From Mobula hypostoma (taxonomy: Eukaryota): a stretch of 64,000 nucleotides of DNA. The stretch covers positions 6,882,001 through 6,946,000 of the forward strand of contig NC_086108.1 of NCBI RefSeq assembly GCF_963921235.1, read 5' to 3'. Below, in pieces: positions 49,366 to 61,034 of the stretch. A program made the translations under genes and the position numbers. The notes under the pieces are model-generated. The model was not told the origin of the DNA, did not search any database, and saw nothing but the letters and a program-made list of their open reading frames with translations. Every line of letters starts with the position of its first letter. Positions within the stretch are counted from its first letter, which is position 1.

Positions 49366-49813
49366 TGTCGGATCTCTGTTTATTTTCTGACCCTTAGGGT
49401 TCTCCCAGGAGTCAGGAATGATGAATAGTCTTAATTCCCAGATTTCAGTTTATTTTCAAGTACAAACAAACCTATAAAGAGCTGGGAAATGGTGCTGAGA
49501 GGTGAATGCGAAGACAAAAGATAGGAAAAATCCAAGATGGTGCTTCTGAAAGATCACTTGTAGATAAGAAATTCCTTAGATTGGAATAAACTAGCTAATA
49601 GGCTACAAAATTAAAACAATTACATCATATGGGTAATGTGTTAATACTTAGCCAATGAAAAATGAGAAAGGTGATAAACTTAGTTTAGCTGCTATACCGC
49701 TTTCTGCCAGTGAGTGGGGATGAACTACCACGTACTGTGAAAAATCTGAGTTTGTTAAAAAGTACAAATCTTATAAGGGGTATTATTTTTTTAAAAATCC
49801 GTGGTTTCCAACA
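49366..49813 (-). mobile_element. Solo LTR (~450 bp, Gypsy-like) inserted in an RTE-derived element
   Basis: Termini TGTCGGA...TCCAACA; 4-bp flanks tggt/cggt; homologous copies at 14872-15327(-), 15822-15948(-, partial) and ~11330-11580 + 12715-12838(+). Confidence 0.7.
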
Positions 49814-50721
49814 CGGTTTTCCACAGAAGTGATTTGCCATTGCCACCTTCTGGGCAGTGCCTTTACCAGGCGGGTGACCCCAGGCATTATCAATACTCTT
49901 CAGAGATTTTCTGCCTGGTGTGAGTGGTCGCATAGCCAGGACTTGTGATCTGCACCGGCTGCTCATACGACCATCCACCACCTGCTCCCTGATCGGTGGT
50001 GGTGAGGAGGTGTGGGCTAGGCAGGTGCTACGTCTTGTCTAAGGGTGACATGCAGGCTAGTGGAGGGAAGGAGTGCCTTTCACCTCCTTTGGTAGAGACA
50101 TGTCTCCACCCAACACCTTCAATAACATCACCTGTACTAAAATACTTTGCCGGTGAATCGGGGGGGGGGGCAGTTGATCAGTTGATGGGGGCTAAGCAGG
50201 TGCTACACCTTGCCCAAGGGTGACCTGCAGGCTAGTGGAAGGAAGGAGCACCTTACACCTCCTTTGGCAGAGATGTATCTCTACCCCGCTACCTGTAAGC
50301 CTTTAGCTAGTTTAAAACTCTGTCCTCTTCCACACTCCAGCTTGGCACTGTGCAATAACACACTTGGTGGCAAGTTTGATACCTAGATACTTTGGCCTTG
50401 CATTACTCCATCCCCAGGAGGATCTACCCTGAACCCAAGCCCCATCTGGTACATACAACCCTCATTTGACACCATAAGACACAGGAGCAGAATTAGGCCA
50501 CTCGGCCCATCAAGTCTTCTCTGTCATCCCATCATGGATGATACATTATCCCTCTCAACCCACAATCTCCTGCCTTCTCCCCTTAACCTTTGACACTCTG
50601 ACCAATCAAGAACCTACTAACCACTGCTTTAAATACACCCAATGACTTGGCCTCCACAGATTTACCTCTGGCTCACGAGGAAACCTATAGATTCCATCTT
50701 TGATACTACAACACCTACCAC

Positions 50722-51379
50722 TATCTACTAACCCCCTCTGATACCCACTACCCCCCTCTGATACCCACTAACCCCCTCTGATACCCACTACCCTCCTCTG
50801 ATACCCACTAACCCCCTCCTGATACCCACTACCCTCGATACCCACTAACCCCTCTGATACCCACTAACCCCCTCTGATACCCACTAACCCCCTCCTGATA
50901 CCCACTAACCATGTCTGATACCCACTAACCCCCTCTGATACCCACTAACCCCCTCCTGATACCTACTAACCACGTCTGATACCCACTAACGCCCCTCCTG
51001 ATACCCACTAACTCTCTCCTGATACCCACTAACTCACTCCTGATACCTACTAACCCCCTCCTGATACCTACTACCCATGTCTGATACCCACTAACGCCTC
51101 TCCTGATACCCACTAACTCACTCCTGATACCCACTAACCACGTCTGATACCCACTAACACCCCTCTGATACCCACTAACCCCCTCCTGATACCCACTAAC
51201 CCCCTCCTGATACCCACTACCCCTGATACCCACTAACACCCCTCTGATACCCACTAACTCCCTCCTGATACCCACTAACTCCCCTGATACCCACTAACCA
51301 CGTCTGATACTCACTACCCCACCTCTGATACCCACTACCCCCCTCTGATACCCACTACCCTCTGATACCCACTAACCCC
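50722..51379. repeat. Minisatellite, ~18-22-bp unit CTGATACCCACTAACCCCCT
   Basis: About 30 variant copies visible. Confidence 0.95.
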
Positions 51380-51425
51380 ATCTAGTATCTCAACCTTTAA
51401 CATACACACAAGATATTCTGCAGAT

Positions 51426-51820
51426 CACTGTCACTTCCTGTCAGCTTGAACCAGTCTGCCCATTCTCCTCAGACTTCTCTCATTAACGAGGCGTTTTTGC
51501 TCACAGAACTGCTCACTGGATTTTTTTTTTTTTGTTTTCACACCAATCTCTAGAGACTGTTGTGTGTGAAAATCCCAGGTGATCAGCAGTTTCTAAGATA
51601 CTCAAACCACCCCGTCTGGCACCAACAATCATTCCACGGTCAAAGTCACTTAGATCACATTTCTTCCCCATTCTGATATTTGGTCTGAACAGCAACTGAA
51701 CCTCTTGACCACGTCTGCATGCTTTTATGCATTGAGCTGCTGCCACATGTTAGGCTGATTAACTGTTTGCATTAACGAGTAGGTGTACAGATATACCTAA
51801 TAAAGTGGCCACTGCGTGTA
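51426..51820 (-). mobile_element. Tc1/mariner transposon 5' fragment (TIR + transposase N-terminus MGKKCDLSDFDRGMIVGARRGGLSILETA)
   Basis: Tc1 paired-like HTH peptide; TIR acctaataaagtggccactgcgtg followed by TA. Confidence 0.85.
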
Positions 51821-52064
51821 TCTCTGGCACCATCCAAGTGGGACTGGAGGCCACACTCTTCATTCAATAGTCTCTATGCTATTCCTCGGGCAGGGCTGGA
51901 GAGGTTGATTCTTGAACATCCCAGTGGCTGGGTCTGCTGCCCGTTACGTCGCTGGTGTTTAGGGCACCAGTGAATGTCCTCCATCTCTGGCAGTGTTCAG
52001 GGCTTCCTTCATCGTGTCAGTTGCTCAGTTTTCGGTCAGTTGCTCGGTTTTCGGTCAGTTGCTC

Positions 52065-52920
52065 GGACAGACTGGGTGAGTGGGCAGATGCATGGCAGAT
52101 GCAGTTTAATGTGGATAAATGTGAGGTTATCCACTTTGGTGGTAAGAACAGGAAGGCAGATTATTATCTAACTGGAGTCAAGTTAGGAAAAGGGGAAGTA
52201 CAATGAGATCTAGGTGTTCTTGTACATCAGTCACTGAAAGTAAGCATGCAGGTACAGCAGGCAGTGAAGAAAGTTAATGGCATGCTGGCCTTCATAACAA
52301 GGGGAATTGAGTATAAGAGCAAAGAGGTCCTTCTGCAGTTGTACAGGGCCCTGGTGAGACCACACCTGGAGTACTGTGTGCAGTTTTGGTCTCCAAATTT
52401 GAGGAAGGGCATTCTTGCTATTGAGGGAGTGCAGCGTAGGTTCACAAGGTTAATTCCCGGGATGGCAGGACTGTCATATGTCGAAAGATTGGAGCGACTG
52501 GGCTTGTATACTCTGGAATTTAGAAGGCTGAGAGGGATTCTTATTGAAACATATAAGATTATTAAGGGATTGGAAACGCTGCAGGCAGGAAGCATGTTCC
52601 CGCTGATGGGTGAGCCCAGAACCAGAGGCCACAGTTTAAGAATAAGGGGTAGGCCATTTAGAACGGAGTTGAGGAAAAACTTTTTCACCCAGAGAGTGGT
52701 GGATATATGGAATGCTCTGCCCCAGAAGGCTGTGGAGGCCAAGTCTCTGGATGCTTTCAAGAAAGAGATGGATAGAGCTCTTAAAGATAGTGGAATCAAA
52801 GGTTATGGGGATAAGGCAGGAACTGGATACTGATTGTGGATGATCAGCCATGATCACAGGAATGGCAGTGCTGGCTCGAAGGGCTGAATGGCCTACTCCT
52901 GCACCTATTGTCTATTGTCT
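52065..52920 (+). mobile_element. Young CR1 3' fragment
   Basis: ORF 52246-52833 (195 aa open); ctattgt tail; nearly identical to 55127-55772. Confidence 0.92.
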
Positions 52921-54136
52921 GTCAGTCATGCAAGTCCCGGGTGGAGACTCAGGAATACTGTCACACTCAGATGTAGAAGGATTCTTCATTGCTGTTTCTG
53001 CCACAGTTTTGTTTGACCGGTCAGAACCTGGAAGACTGGTGGACCACGCTTAGTCTGGCCTCAACCCTTTGACCTGTTTGACGTGGGTGACCCTACCAAG
53101 AGCCAAAGCACAAAACCCTGACTCCAGCCAGCATAGCTCTCCGGGTCATTGAGGCACGCAAGTCTTCCATACCCAACGACAAGCTTGTGGTCCTCTTGGA
53201 GCAGTTGGTTGGGTAATTTTGCCTAAAACAGAATTCAACCCAAACACACTAATATGCATGACTTGATGCAGAAGAGAAATCCTCGTTTTCCAACCCCAAT
53301 CTATCCTCCATTCCCAAACCCAATAAACTGCTGTAAAGTTGAACTAAATATTCTCCAACTATTATGCATCACCCCAGAGGTGATAATTTTCCCAGAGAGT
53401 TGCCTGGTTCAGCTTGGGACAACATTTTAGTGATGCTTTTGAGGTAGAGAGTTGTGGTCTGTAAACGGAATAATGACATCAATGAGCTCCTCCACAATTA
53501 GTTTCTGACCCGAGTTCCTAGAGTGTACTTTTGCAAAATTATTACATTCCATCTTAGACCATAAGATACAGGAACAACATTAGGCCATTCGGCCCATCGG
53601 GTCTGCTCCATTTCCCCCTCGGCCCCAATCTCCTGCCTTCCCCTGTATCCCTGACAAGTCAAGAATCTATCAGCCTCTGCCTTAAATATACCCAATGACT
53701 TGTCTCCGTCGCCACCTGTGGCAACAAATTCCAGACTCACCATTCTCTAGCTAAAGAAATTCCTCCTCATCTCCGTCGTAAATGGACACCCCTCTATTCT
53801 GAGGCAGTGCCCTCTGGTCCAACACTCCCCCACCACAGGAAACGTCCTCCCCCAGTCCATTTTATCAAGGGCTTTCAGTTGTAGGGGGTGGCACACTTTA
53901 CAGCACAGATGACCTGGGTTCAATTTCTGCTGCCTGCAAGGAGTTTGTATGTTCTCCCCATGACCATGTGGGTTTCCTCTGGGTGCCCTGGTTTCCAACC
54001 CCCTCCACCATAGGCCAAAGATGTATCAATTGGTCTTTGTAAATTGTCCTGAGGTTAGGCTAGGGTTAAATCGAGGGATTACTGGGAGCTATGGCTCGAA
54101 GGACTGGAAAGACATACCACTCAATCAATCAATCCA

Positions 54137-54510
54137 TCCGGATGAAGGGTCTCAGCTCAAAACTTCCATTCTTTATTCCATTCCATCGATGCTGCCTGAC
54201 CTGCTGAGTTCCTCCAGCATTTTGTGTGTGTTCCCAGCTCTTTACTTCACCCCTCCCCTCTCCCAGTTTCACCCATCATCTACCACCTTGTACCTCATCC
54301 TCCCCTCCCCGCCAACTTCTTACTCTGGCTCCCCCCCCCACCCGGTTCCTTCCAGTCCTGAAGAATGGTCTCGGCTCTAAACACTTGACTGTTTATGCTA
54401 TTTCACAGACGCTGCCTGGCCTGCTGAGTTCCTCCAGCATTGCGTGTGTGTGTGTGTGTGTGTGTGTGCGTTGGTCTGGATTTCCAGCATCTGCAGAATC
54501 TCTTGTGTTT
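54137..54510 (+). mobile_element. Tandem Penelope pseudo-LTR fragments with two degenerate hammerhead cores
   Basis: Two copies of gctgcctg(a/g)cctgctgagttcctccagcatt preceded by cggatgaagggtctcag and ctgaagaatggtctcgg. Confidence 0.75.
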
Positions 54511-54830
54511 TTCAGTTCATTAAACCCACACTCAAATATACAGAAAAGGTTTCTTCCTCTCCACCACTGGATTTCTGAACAGTCCGGAAACTGCCTCCTT
54601 ACTCCTTTTATTTTGCATTTTTTTTTGTTATTTATGCTATTTTTTCTCTTTGCAAAACAAATTTCACATCATACAGGTTAAGTGAGGTTGGTCTTTTCTC
54701 TTTGGAGTGAAGGAGGGTGAGCAGTGATTTGATAGAGGTGTACAAGATGATAACAGGCACAGACTGTGGGTAGCCAGAGATTTTTTTTCCCCGGGGTGGA
54801 AATGGCAAATATGAGCAGGCATAATTTTAA

Positions 54831-55846
54831 GTGGGTGGGGTGGAGATACATCTCTACAAAAGGAGGTGTTAGGTGCTCCTTCCCTCTGCTAGCCTGCAGG
54901 TCACCCTTGGGCACCGTGTAGCACCTGCTTAGCCCCTCCCCACCCCGAGCAGGGTCATGTGAAGCCATGGGAGCAGGTGGTGGATGGTCGTATGAGCAGT
55001 TGGTGCAGATCTCAAGTCCTGGCTATGTGACCACTGACACCAGGTAGATAATCTCTGAAAGAGTATTGATAATGGCTGGGGTCACCCGTCTTGTAAAGAC
55101 ACTGCCCAGATGAAGACAATGGTAAACTAATGGCATGCTGGCCTTCATAACAAGGGGAATTGAGTATAAGAGCAAAGAGGTCCTTCTGCAGCTGTACAGG
55201 ACCCTGGTGAGACTACACCTGGAGTACTGTGTGCAGTTTTGGTCTCCAAATTTGAGGAAGGACATTCTTGCTATTGAGGGAGTGCAGCGTAGGTTCACAA
55301 GGTTAATTCCCGGGATGGCGGGACTGTCATATGTCGAAAGATTGGAGCGACTGGGCTTGTATACTCTGGAATTTAGAAGGCTGAGAGGGGATCTGATTGA
55401 AACATATAAGATTATTAAGGGATTGGACACGCTGGAGGCAGGAAGCATGTTCCCGCTGATGGGTGAGTCCAGAACCAGAGGCCACAGTTTAAGAATTAGG
55501 GGTAGGCCATTTAGAAAGGAGTTGAGGAAAAACTTTTTCACCCAGAGACTGGTGGATATATGGAATGCTCTGCCCCAGAAGGCTGTGGAGGCCAAGTCTC
55601 TGGATGCTTTCAAGAAAGAGATGGATAGAGCTCTTAAAGATAGTGGAATCAAAGGTTATGGGGATAAGGCAGGAACTGGATACTGATAGTGGATGATCAG
55701 CCATGATCACAGTGAATGGCGGTGCTGGCTCGAAGGGCTAAATGGCCTACTCCTGCACCTATTGTCTATTATCTACACTTTTGTAGAAAAGTTTGCCAAG
55801 AACAATCACGGTCAATCGCCAGTGTCGTACTACATGGCACATAATG
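54831..55846 (+). mobile_element. Non-autonomous RTE-derived element family 1 (~380 bp; Bov-A/Sauria-like motif gaagaaggcaatggcaaaccac), split here by a CR1
   Basis: Copies at ~2398-2995(+), 24560-24722(+), 25440-25788(-), 47280-47612(-), 49335-50290(-), 62365-62730(-); (TGA)n tail. Confidence 0.75.
55127..55772 (+). mobile_element. Young CR1 3' fragment (same subfamily as 52065-52920)
   Basis: ORF 55135-55686 (183 aa open). Confidence 0.92.
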
Positions 55847-56012
55847 AACCCATGAATAATTTGAAGGTGATTGGAGTGAAGGTTTGGGGAGGGGGGGAGT
55901 AGGTTAAAGCACCGCACCATGGGTCAAAGGCCCTGTGCTGGGCTGGGCTGGGCTCTGCTTGTCAGTTCCATATGTCAGTGATTATAAAGCTGATCATGGG
56001 CTCTGTGCACCT

Positions 56013-56043
56013 GCTCCCCCTTGTGGCGCTGAGGTGAACAGCA
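56013..56043 (-). promoter_or_regulatory. CTCF motif with upstream module (TGCTG-N12-CCACAAGGGGGAGC)
   Basis: Core match plus spaced upstream motif, in unique sequence. Confidence 0.6.
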
Positions 56044-57175
56044 TGCATTTTCTGTTCCCCTGCCATTTAGAGTGAGAGGTTCCTAATACACTTCAACGCA
56101 GATCCCCTTCCCGCCTGCCTACACGATCATGATGAATAAAATGCAGACCACCCTTGACTTCCTCACAAGTGGCCTTGGTGATGGCGCAGCACTTACAACT
56201 GGAAGGTTTCAATAAAGATTCAAAGTGCATTTATGATCAAAGTTATGTATGCAGTATACAAACCTGGAATTAGTCTTCCCACACAGAACCCGGTCAAAGA
56301 AAAAACATCAAACACCCAACGTGCAAAAAAAAAGAACAAATTGCACAAACAGCAAGAAAATACAAGCAAAATAAACCACCAGACCACAAAATCAACGAAA
56401 GAGTCCAAACATACTCAGTTCAATCCAGCGCTGTCTTTCATTATCCGCAGGCCACTCCAAACTAATTCCCAGAGAACAGCAACAATAAAAGGAATGACCG
56501 GAGTCCAGAAACACATCATAACATTAACAACAGAGTCCAATCCACAAACCGCGTCGATTAAACCTTGCCCAAGACCCAGGACTCTGGCAGCGTCGGGCAA
56601 GAGAGACTGTTTGTACACAGCTCCTTCCTCCGGTGGCACGGGGTGAGAAACCTGTCAAAGACAGGCAGACGGTGCTGAACACCTGCTCGCCTTCCGCTCT
56701 CGCCTTCGTTGATTTCAATCTTCCTCTGCACTTCAATCGACGAGATTGGCGGGAAATGGAATTGATTGTGAGCTCCTGTCCCGTCTCCAGGCTGCATGCT
56801 CCATTCGAAACCTCACCGAACTCTCTCAGAGACGGGGGGTCACTTGTATGATCTGTAAATTTTGAATGAAGGACAACTCCCTTCTTGCAGAAGGGGAGAG
56901 GGTGGCTTTAGCAACACCTTCAGGGTGTATGAGGTGTCCAAGGATGGGGTAGCACCCCTGACGACAGGGTTTGGCGTGTTCATTCTGGGACAGCTTACTC
57001 ATCTTTCACATTTCAAAGTTCAAAGTCAATTTATTATTAAAGAACTGTTGAAATTGCATGTTTTAATGCTTTCAGTGAGGTGTTAGTTGTTAGTTATATA
57101 GCAAGACTAAAATTGTAGTTACCTGTACTAACATTTTTTAAACAATCTTGTATTTTTCACAATATGTGGTGTTTG

Positions 57176-57207
57176 CCTCCACCTACTGGTTACAAAGTGC
57201 TATAGCA
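57176..57207 (-). promoter_or_regulatory. CTCF motif with upstream module (TGCTA-N13-CCAGTAGGTGGAGG)
   Basis: Core match with 1-2 deviations plus spaced upstream motif. Confidence 0.45.
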
Positions 57208-57676
57208 GTTACATAACATTTAATCAGCTTTTCATATTTCATTGGCTAAGTGTGAGCACATGCCACACATGCTGTGTTTGTCTGTCTTTTAATTGGCCAT
57301 TTGCTTATCTCAGAAATGTGGCCTTACCTCAGTATAAAAGAGTCAGTCTCTCCAAAACTCAGCATCTTGTCTTTGTCTTAGTCCTCTCTAGTTCATATGT
57401 TCCATATCTGTTCCTTTGTTAAACTTAAGATAAACTACCATGAAGCCACACATTTTTACTCAATCTTGGAGTGTGATCAATATATTTACTCGGGGAGCGA
57501 ATCCATGCTACATTAGCGCTAGTCATCCTGATGTTTGCTAAATGAGTTTCAATGCTATTTAAAATTTTACAGAGAAAGGTGGTCAGATACCAAACCACTG
57601 CAGAAAGATTGGGTGAGTTCATTGAAAGGCCGAGGTAAAAGAGAAGAGTTGTAGAGTCCTTGAAAGTGAGCCTGCA

Positions 57677-58293
57677 GGTGAGTGAAGTTACCCACACTGG
57701 TTCAGGAGCCTGATGGTTGTGGGGTAATAACTGTTCCTGAACCTGGTGGTGTGGGACCTGAGGCTCATTGTGGTGAGTGAAGTTATCCACACTGGTTCAG
57801 GAGCCTGATGGTTGTGGGGTAATAACTGTTCCTGAACCTGGTGGTGTGGGACCTGAGGCTCATTGTGGGGAGTGAAGTTATCCACACTGGTTCAGGAGCC
57901 TGATGGTTGTGGGGTAATAACTGTTCCTGAACCTGGTGGTGTGGGACCTGAGGCTCATTGTGGTGAGTGAAGTTATCCACACTGGTTCAGGAGCCTGATG
58001 GTTGTGGGGTAATAACTGTTCCTGAACCTGGTGGTGTGGGACCTGAGGCTCATTGTGGTGAGTGAAGTTATCCACACTGGTTCAGGAGCCTGATGGTTGT
58101 GGGGTAATAACTGTTCCTGAACCTGGTGGTGTGGGATCTGAGGCTCATTGTGGTGAGTGAAGTTATCCACACTGGTTCAGGAGCCTGATGGTTGTGGGGT
58201 AATAACTGTTCCTGAACCTGGTGGTGTGGGACCTGAGGCTCATTGTGGTGAGTGAAGTTATTCACACTGGTTCAGGAGCCTGATGGTTGTGGG
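57677..58293. repeat. 95-bp tandem repeat, ~6.5 near-identical copies, derived from a Rex1-type LINE 3' region
   Basis: ORF track shows identical 65-aa ORFs at 95-bp spacing; unit encodes RFRNSYYPTTIRLLN on the minus strand. Confidence 0.95.
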
Positions 58294-58689
58294 AGCTAAG
58301 TCTCCTGTACCTCCTGCCTGATGGTAGTAGTGAGAAAACAGCATGGCCTGGGTGGTGGGGGGGGGGGTCCTTGATGATTGATGCTGTTTTCTTGTGTAGA
58401 TGTGCTCGATGGTAAGAAGGGCTTTATCGTGAGGGACTGGGCTGTATCCACCACTGTCTGTAGGATTTTCGATTCCTGGGCCGGGGCATTGGTGTCTCTG
58501 TATGAGGAAACAAAGTAAACAGCCAGTCTGTTCTGTAAAGGCAACACATCAGCCTCTCATATCCTCACTGAGTTAATTCAATCATAACCCCAACAACTGC
58601 CATCTCTATGGCCCTATGCAGAACACAGAATAAAGAGGCACAGGAGCTTCATGACAGAATAGGAAATGTCACACGTACCAAGATACACT

Positions 58690-59409
58690 CATCATCAGCA
58701 AGACCAAAGAACTGAAGGTGGACTTCAGAAAGGGAAAAAAAGCGAACTGACACCAGTCCTCATAAAAGGATCAGAAGTGGACGGAGAGAGCAGACTCAAG
58801 TTTCAGGATGTCAGTATCTCTGAGGGTCTAACCGGGACCCAATTTATCGATGCAGCTACAAAGAAAACACAACAGCGGCTATAATTCATTAGGAGTTTGA
58901 ACAAATTTGGTATATCGCCAAAAACAATGACAAGTTTCCACGGATGTACCGTGAACAGCATTCTAACTGGCTGCATCACTGTCTGGTATGGGGTGGGGAG
59001 GGGGGCTACCTGACAGAGAATTGTAAACTTGGTCATTTCCGTCATGGGCACTGGCCTCCATGGCATCCAGGGCATCTTCAAGGAGCGATGTCTCAATCAT
59101 TAAGGACTCCCATCACCCAGAACCTGCCCTCTTCTCATTGCTATCGTCAGGGAGGAGGTACAGGAGCCTGAAGGCACACACTCAACGATTCAGGAACAGC
59201 TTCTTCCCCTCTGCCATCTGATTTCTGAATGGACATTGAATCCATGAACACTACCTCACTACTTTTTTTTCTCTTTTTGCACTATTTATTTAGCTATATA
59301 CATATTTCTGTAATTTGCAATGTACATTATGTCTTGCACTGTACTGCTGCTGCATAACTACAAAGTTCATGATGTATGACAGTGATATTAAACTTGATTC
59401 CGATTCTGA
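58690..59409 (+). mobile_element. Rex1/Babar-type LINE 3' fragment
   Basis: Same family motifs (attaggagtttga, ggctgcatcac, ttcaggaacagcttcttcccctctgccatc) ending in a tctgat-type tail. Confidence 0.85.
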
Positions 59410-59482
59410 CGCTGGGATTCAGGCAATCCAGAGTAATGTGGGATTGCTGTTCCCCGCTAGGCTGGGTCTTGGACTGGACACC

Positions 59483-59513
59483 TGCAGTGCTGGCATCAGC
59501 CACCAGAGGGGAG
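59483..59513 (+). promoter_or_regulatory. CTCF motif with upstream module (TGCAG-N12-CCACCAGAGGGGAG)
   Basis: Core match plus spaced upstream motif; homologous to the 47.1-kb site. Confidence 0.55.
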
Positions 59514-59687
59514 TAGAGTCCAGACTTTTCTCGCAGTGGCAAAGTTCTGCGGATGGTAAACCAGGACTGGGCCAGCAGAAAGCCCACGGGCCCACTGCAG
59601 TTGTCAACAGCCACAGGGGAATGTAATCCGGCCGAAAATCGAAACCTTTCCCAATTCAACCTCTTATGCTCCCAGGACGCATCCTAC

Positions 59688-60690
59688 ATCATCATCATCA
59701 GGTGCCGTGCCCAGTTTGACCCACACACTCCTGTTTCGGGTCAAGTGGATCAATTCTTTGGTATTCATTTCCAGTTCTTTGGCTGCTGTCTCCATCATCA
59801 TTTGTCTTTGTCTTCCTCTTGCTTTCTTCCCTTCAATCTTTCCCATAATTACTGTGCATTCTAACTCCTCTTTCCTAATCACATGTCCAATGAAGTTACG
59901 TTGCCTTTTCATGATCTCATACATTATTTCTCTTTTTGTGTTTGCTCTGTTCATGACATCCTCATTAGATATTCGTTTTGTCCATGATATTCTTTGCATC
60001 CTCCTCAAAAACCACATCTCTGCTGCTACAATTCATTTCTTCATGTTACTAGATATTGTCCAACGTTCTGAGCCATATAACATAACTGGATAAACATAAC
60101 ATTTCAGTATGCTGAGGTGGGTTGTCATGCCTAGTTTAGTATTGGTCAGTATACTCTTCATTCTTGTAAAGGTGTCTTTTGCCATCTCTATTCTTCTTTT
60201 GATGTCCAAGTCGCACCTGCCATCCGATGTCACCCAGCTTCCTAAGTGGCAAAAGTTCTGTACTTATTTTATGTCTTCCCCGTTTATTTTCAACCTGCAG
60301 ATAGGATTCTTCTTCTTTTTGGATATCATCATACATTGTCTTTTTGCAATTGATAGATAGACCCATTTTTGCACTTTCTTCAACAATTATATCAATTAAG
60401 TTTTGTAGTTCTTCCTCCATACTTGCAATTAACACAGTGTCATCTGCATATCTGAAATTATTGATGTTTTCACCGCCAAATTTGATTCCCAAGTTGTCTC
60501 TTACTTTTTGTAATATTGTTTCACTGTACACATTAGATAAATCAGGGGAGAAAACACACCCTTGTCTAATGCCTCTCTTAATTTTCGTAAACTGACTCAC
60601 TTCTCCATCTATTCTTACAGCGGCAGTTTGTTCCCAGTACAGATTTCTGATTCGGCGGAGGTCTTTCGAATCTAGATCTAGAATTTTCTA
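59688..60690 (-). mobile_element. RTE-clade (BovB-like) LINE 3' portion
   Basis: RGIRQGCVFSP, RYADD, DIKRRIEMAK, FLRRMQRISWT, GKIEGKKARGRQR; (GAT)n tail at ~59688-59700. Confidence 0.9.
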
Positions 60691-61034
60691 CGCATCCTAC
60701 ACAGTCAGGAAAGCTCACCAACACCTCTACTTTCTGAGGAGGCTGAAGAAAGCCTGATTTTGCACATCCACACTCACATCATTCTACAGTAGAGAGCATC
60801 CTAGCATTCATTATCACTGCATGGTACCAGAAAGGTCCAGTAACATCACGAGGGATCCCAGTCACCCTGCTCATGGACTCACTCCATCTGGGAGGAGGCC
60901 ACGTAACATCCACACCAGGACTGTCAGAATCCAATACTTGCCCCAAGCAGTAAGGCTGACCAACACCTCCACCTACTAACTCACCCCTCCTCACCCCCAA
61001 CCACCACCAGTTAATGATCTTCTTGTTAAGTGTT

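Noticed and set aside
50430..50445. Twister ribozyme (cccaagccc motif)
   Set aside because: Flanking conserved twister elements and pairings are absent.
50925..51275. Gly/Arg-rich repeat protein (also ORFs at 61629-62067)
   Set aside because: Translations of minisatellite or low-complexity DNA.
43577..51820. One large composite Tc1 transposon bounded by the two TIRs
   Set aside because: The TIRs read in the same direction on the + strand, so they are ends of two separate, oppositely oriented fragments.
56150..56215. Minus-strand exon with a GTAAGT donor near 56196
   Set aside because: Upstream sequence runs into a LINE tail within ~20 nt; no acceptor or credible frame.
57088..57512. Possible solo LTR (TGT...ACA, TATAAAAG, flanks ttagt/ttagc)
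   Set aside because: Single copy, imperfect TSD, no clear poly(A) signal, and its ACA end is shared with the 48.6-kb paralogue. Left uncalled, as were similar candidates at 2591-2813, 19660-19984 and 47703-47870.
57677..58293. CRISPR-like array or repeated small-protein genes
   Set aside because: Units are fully repeated with no unique spacers, derive from a LINE, and lie in a vertebrate context without cas genes.
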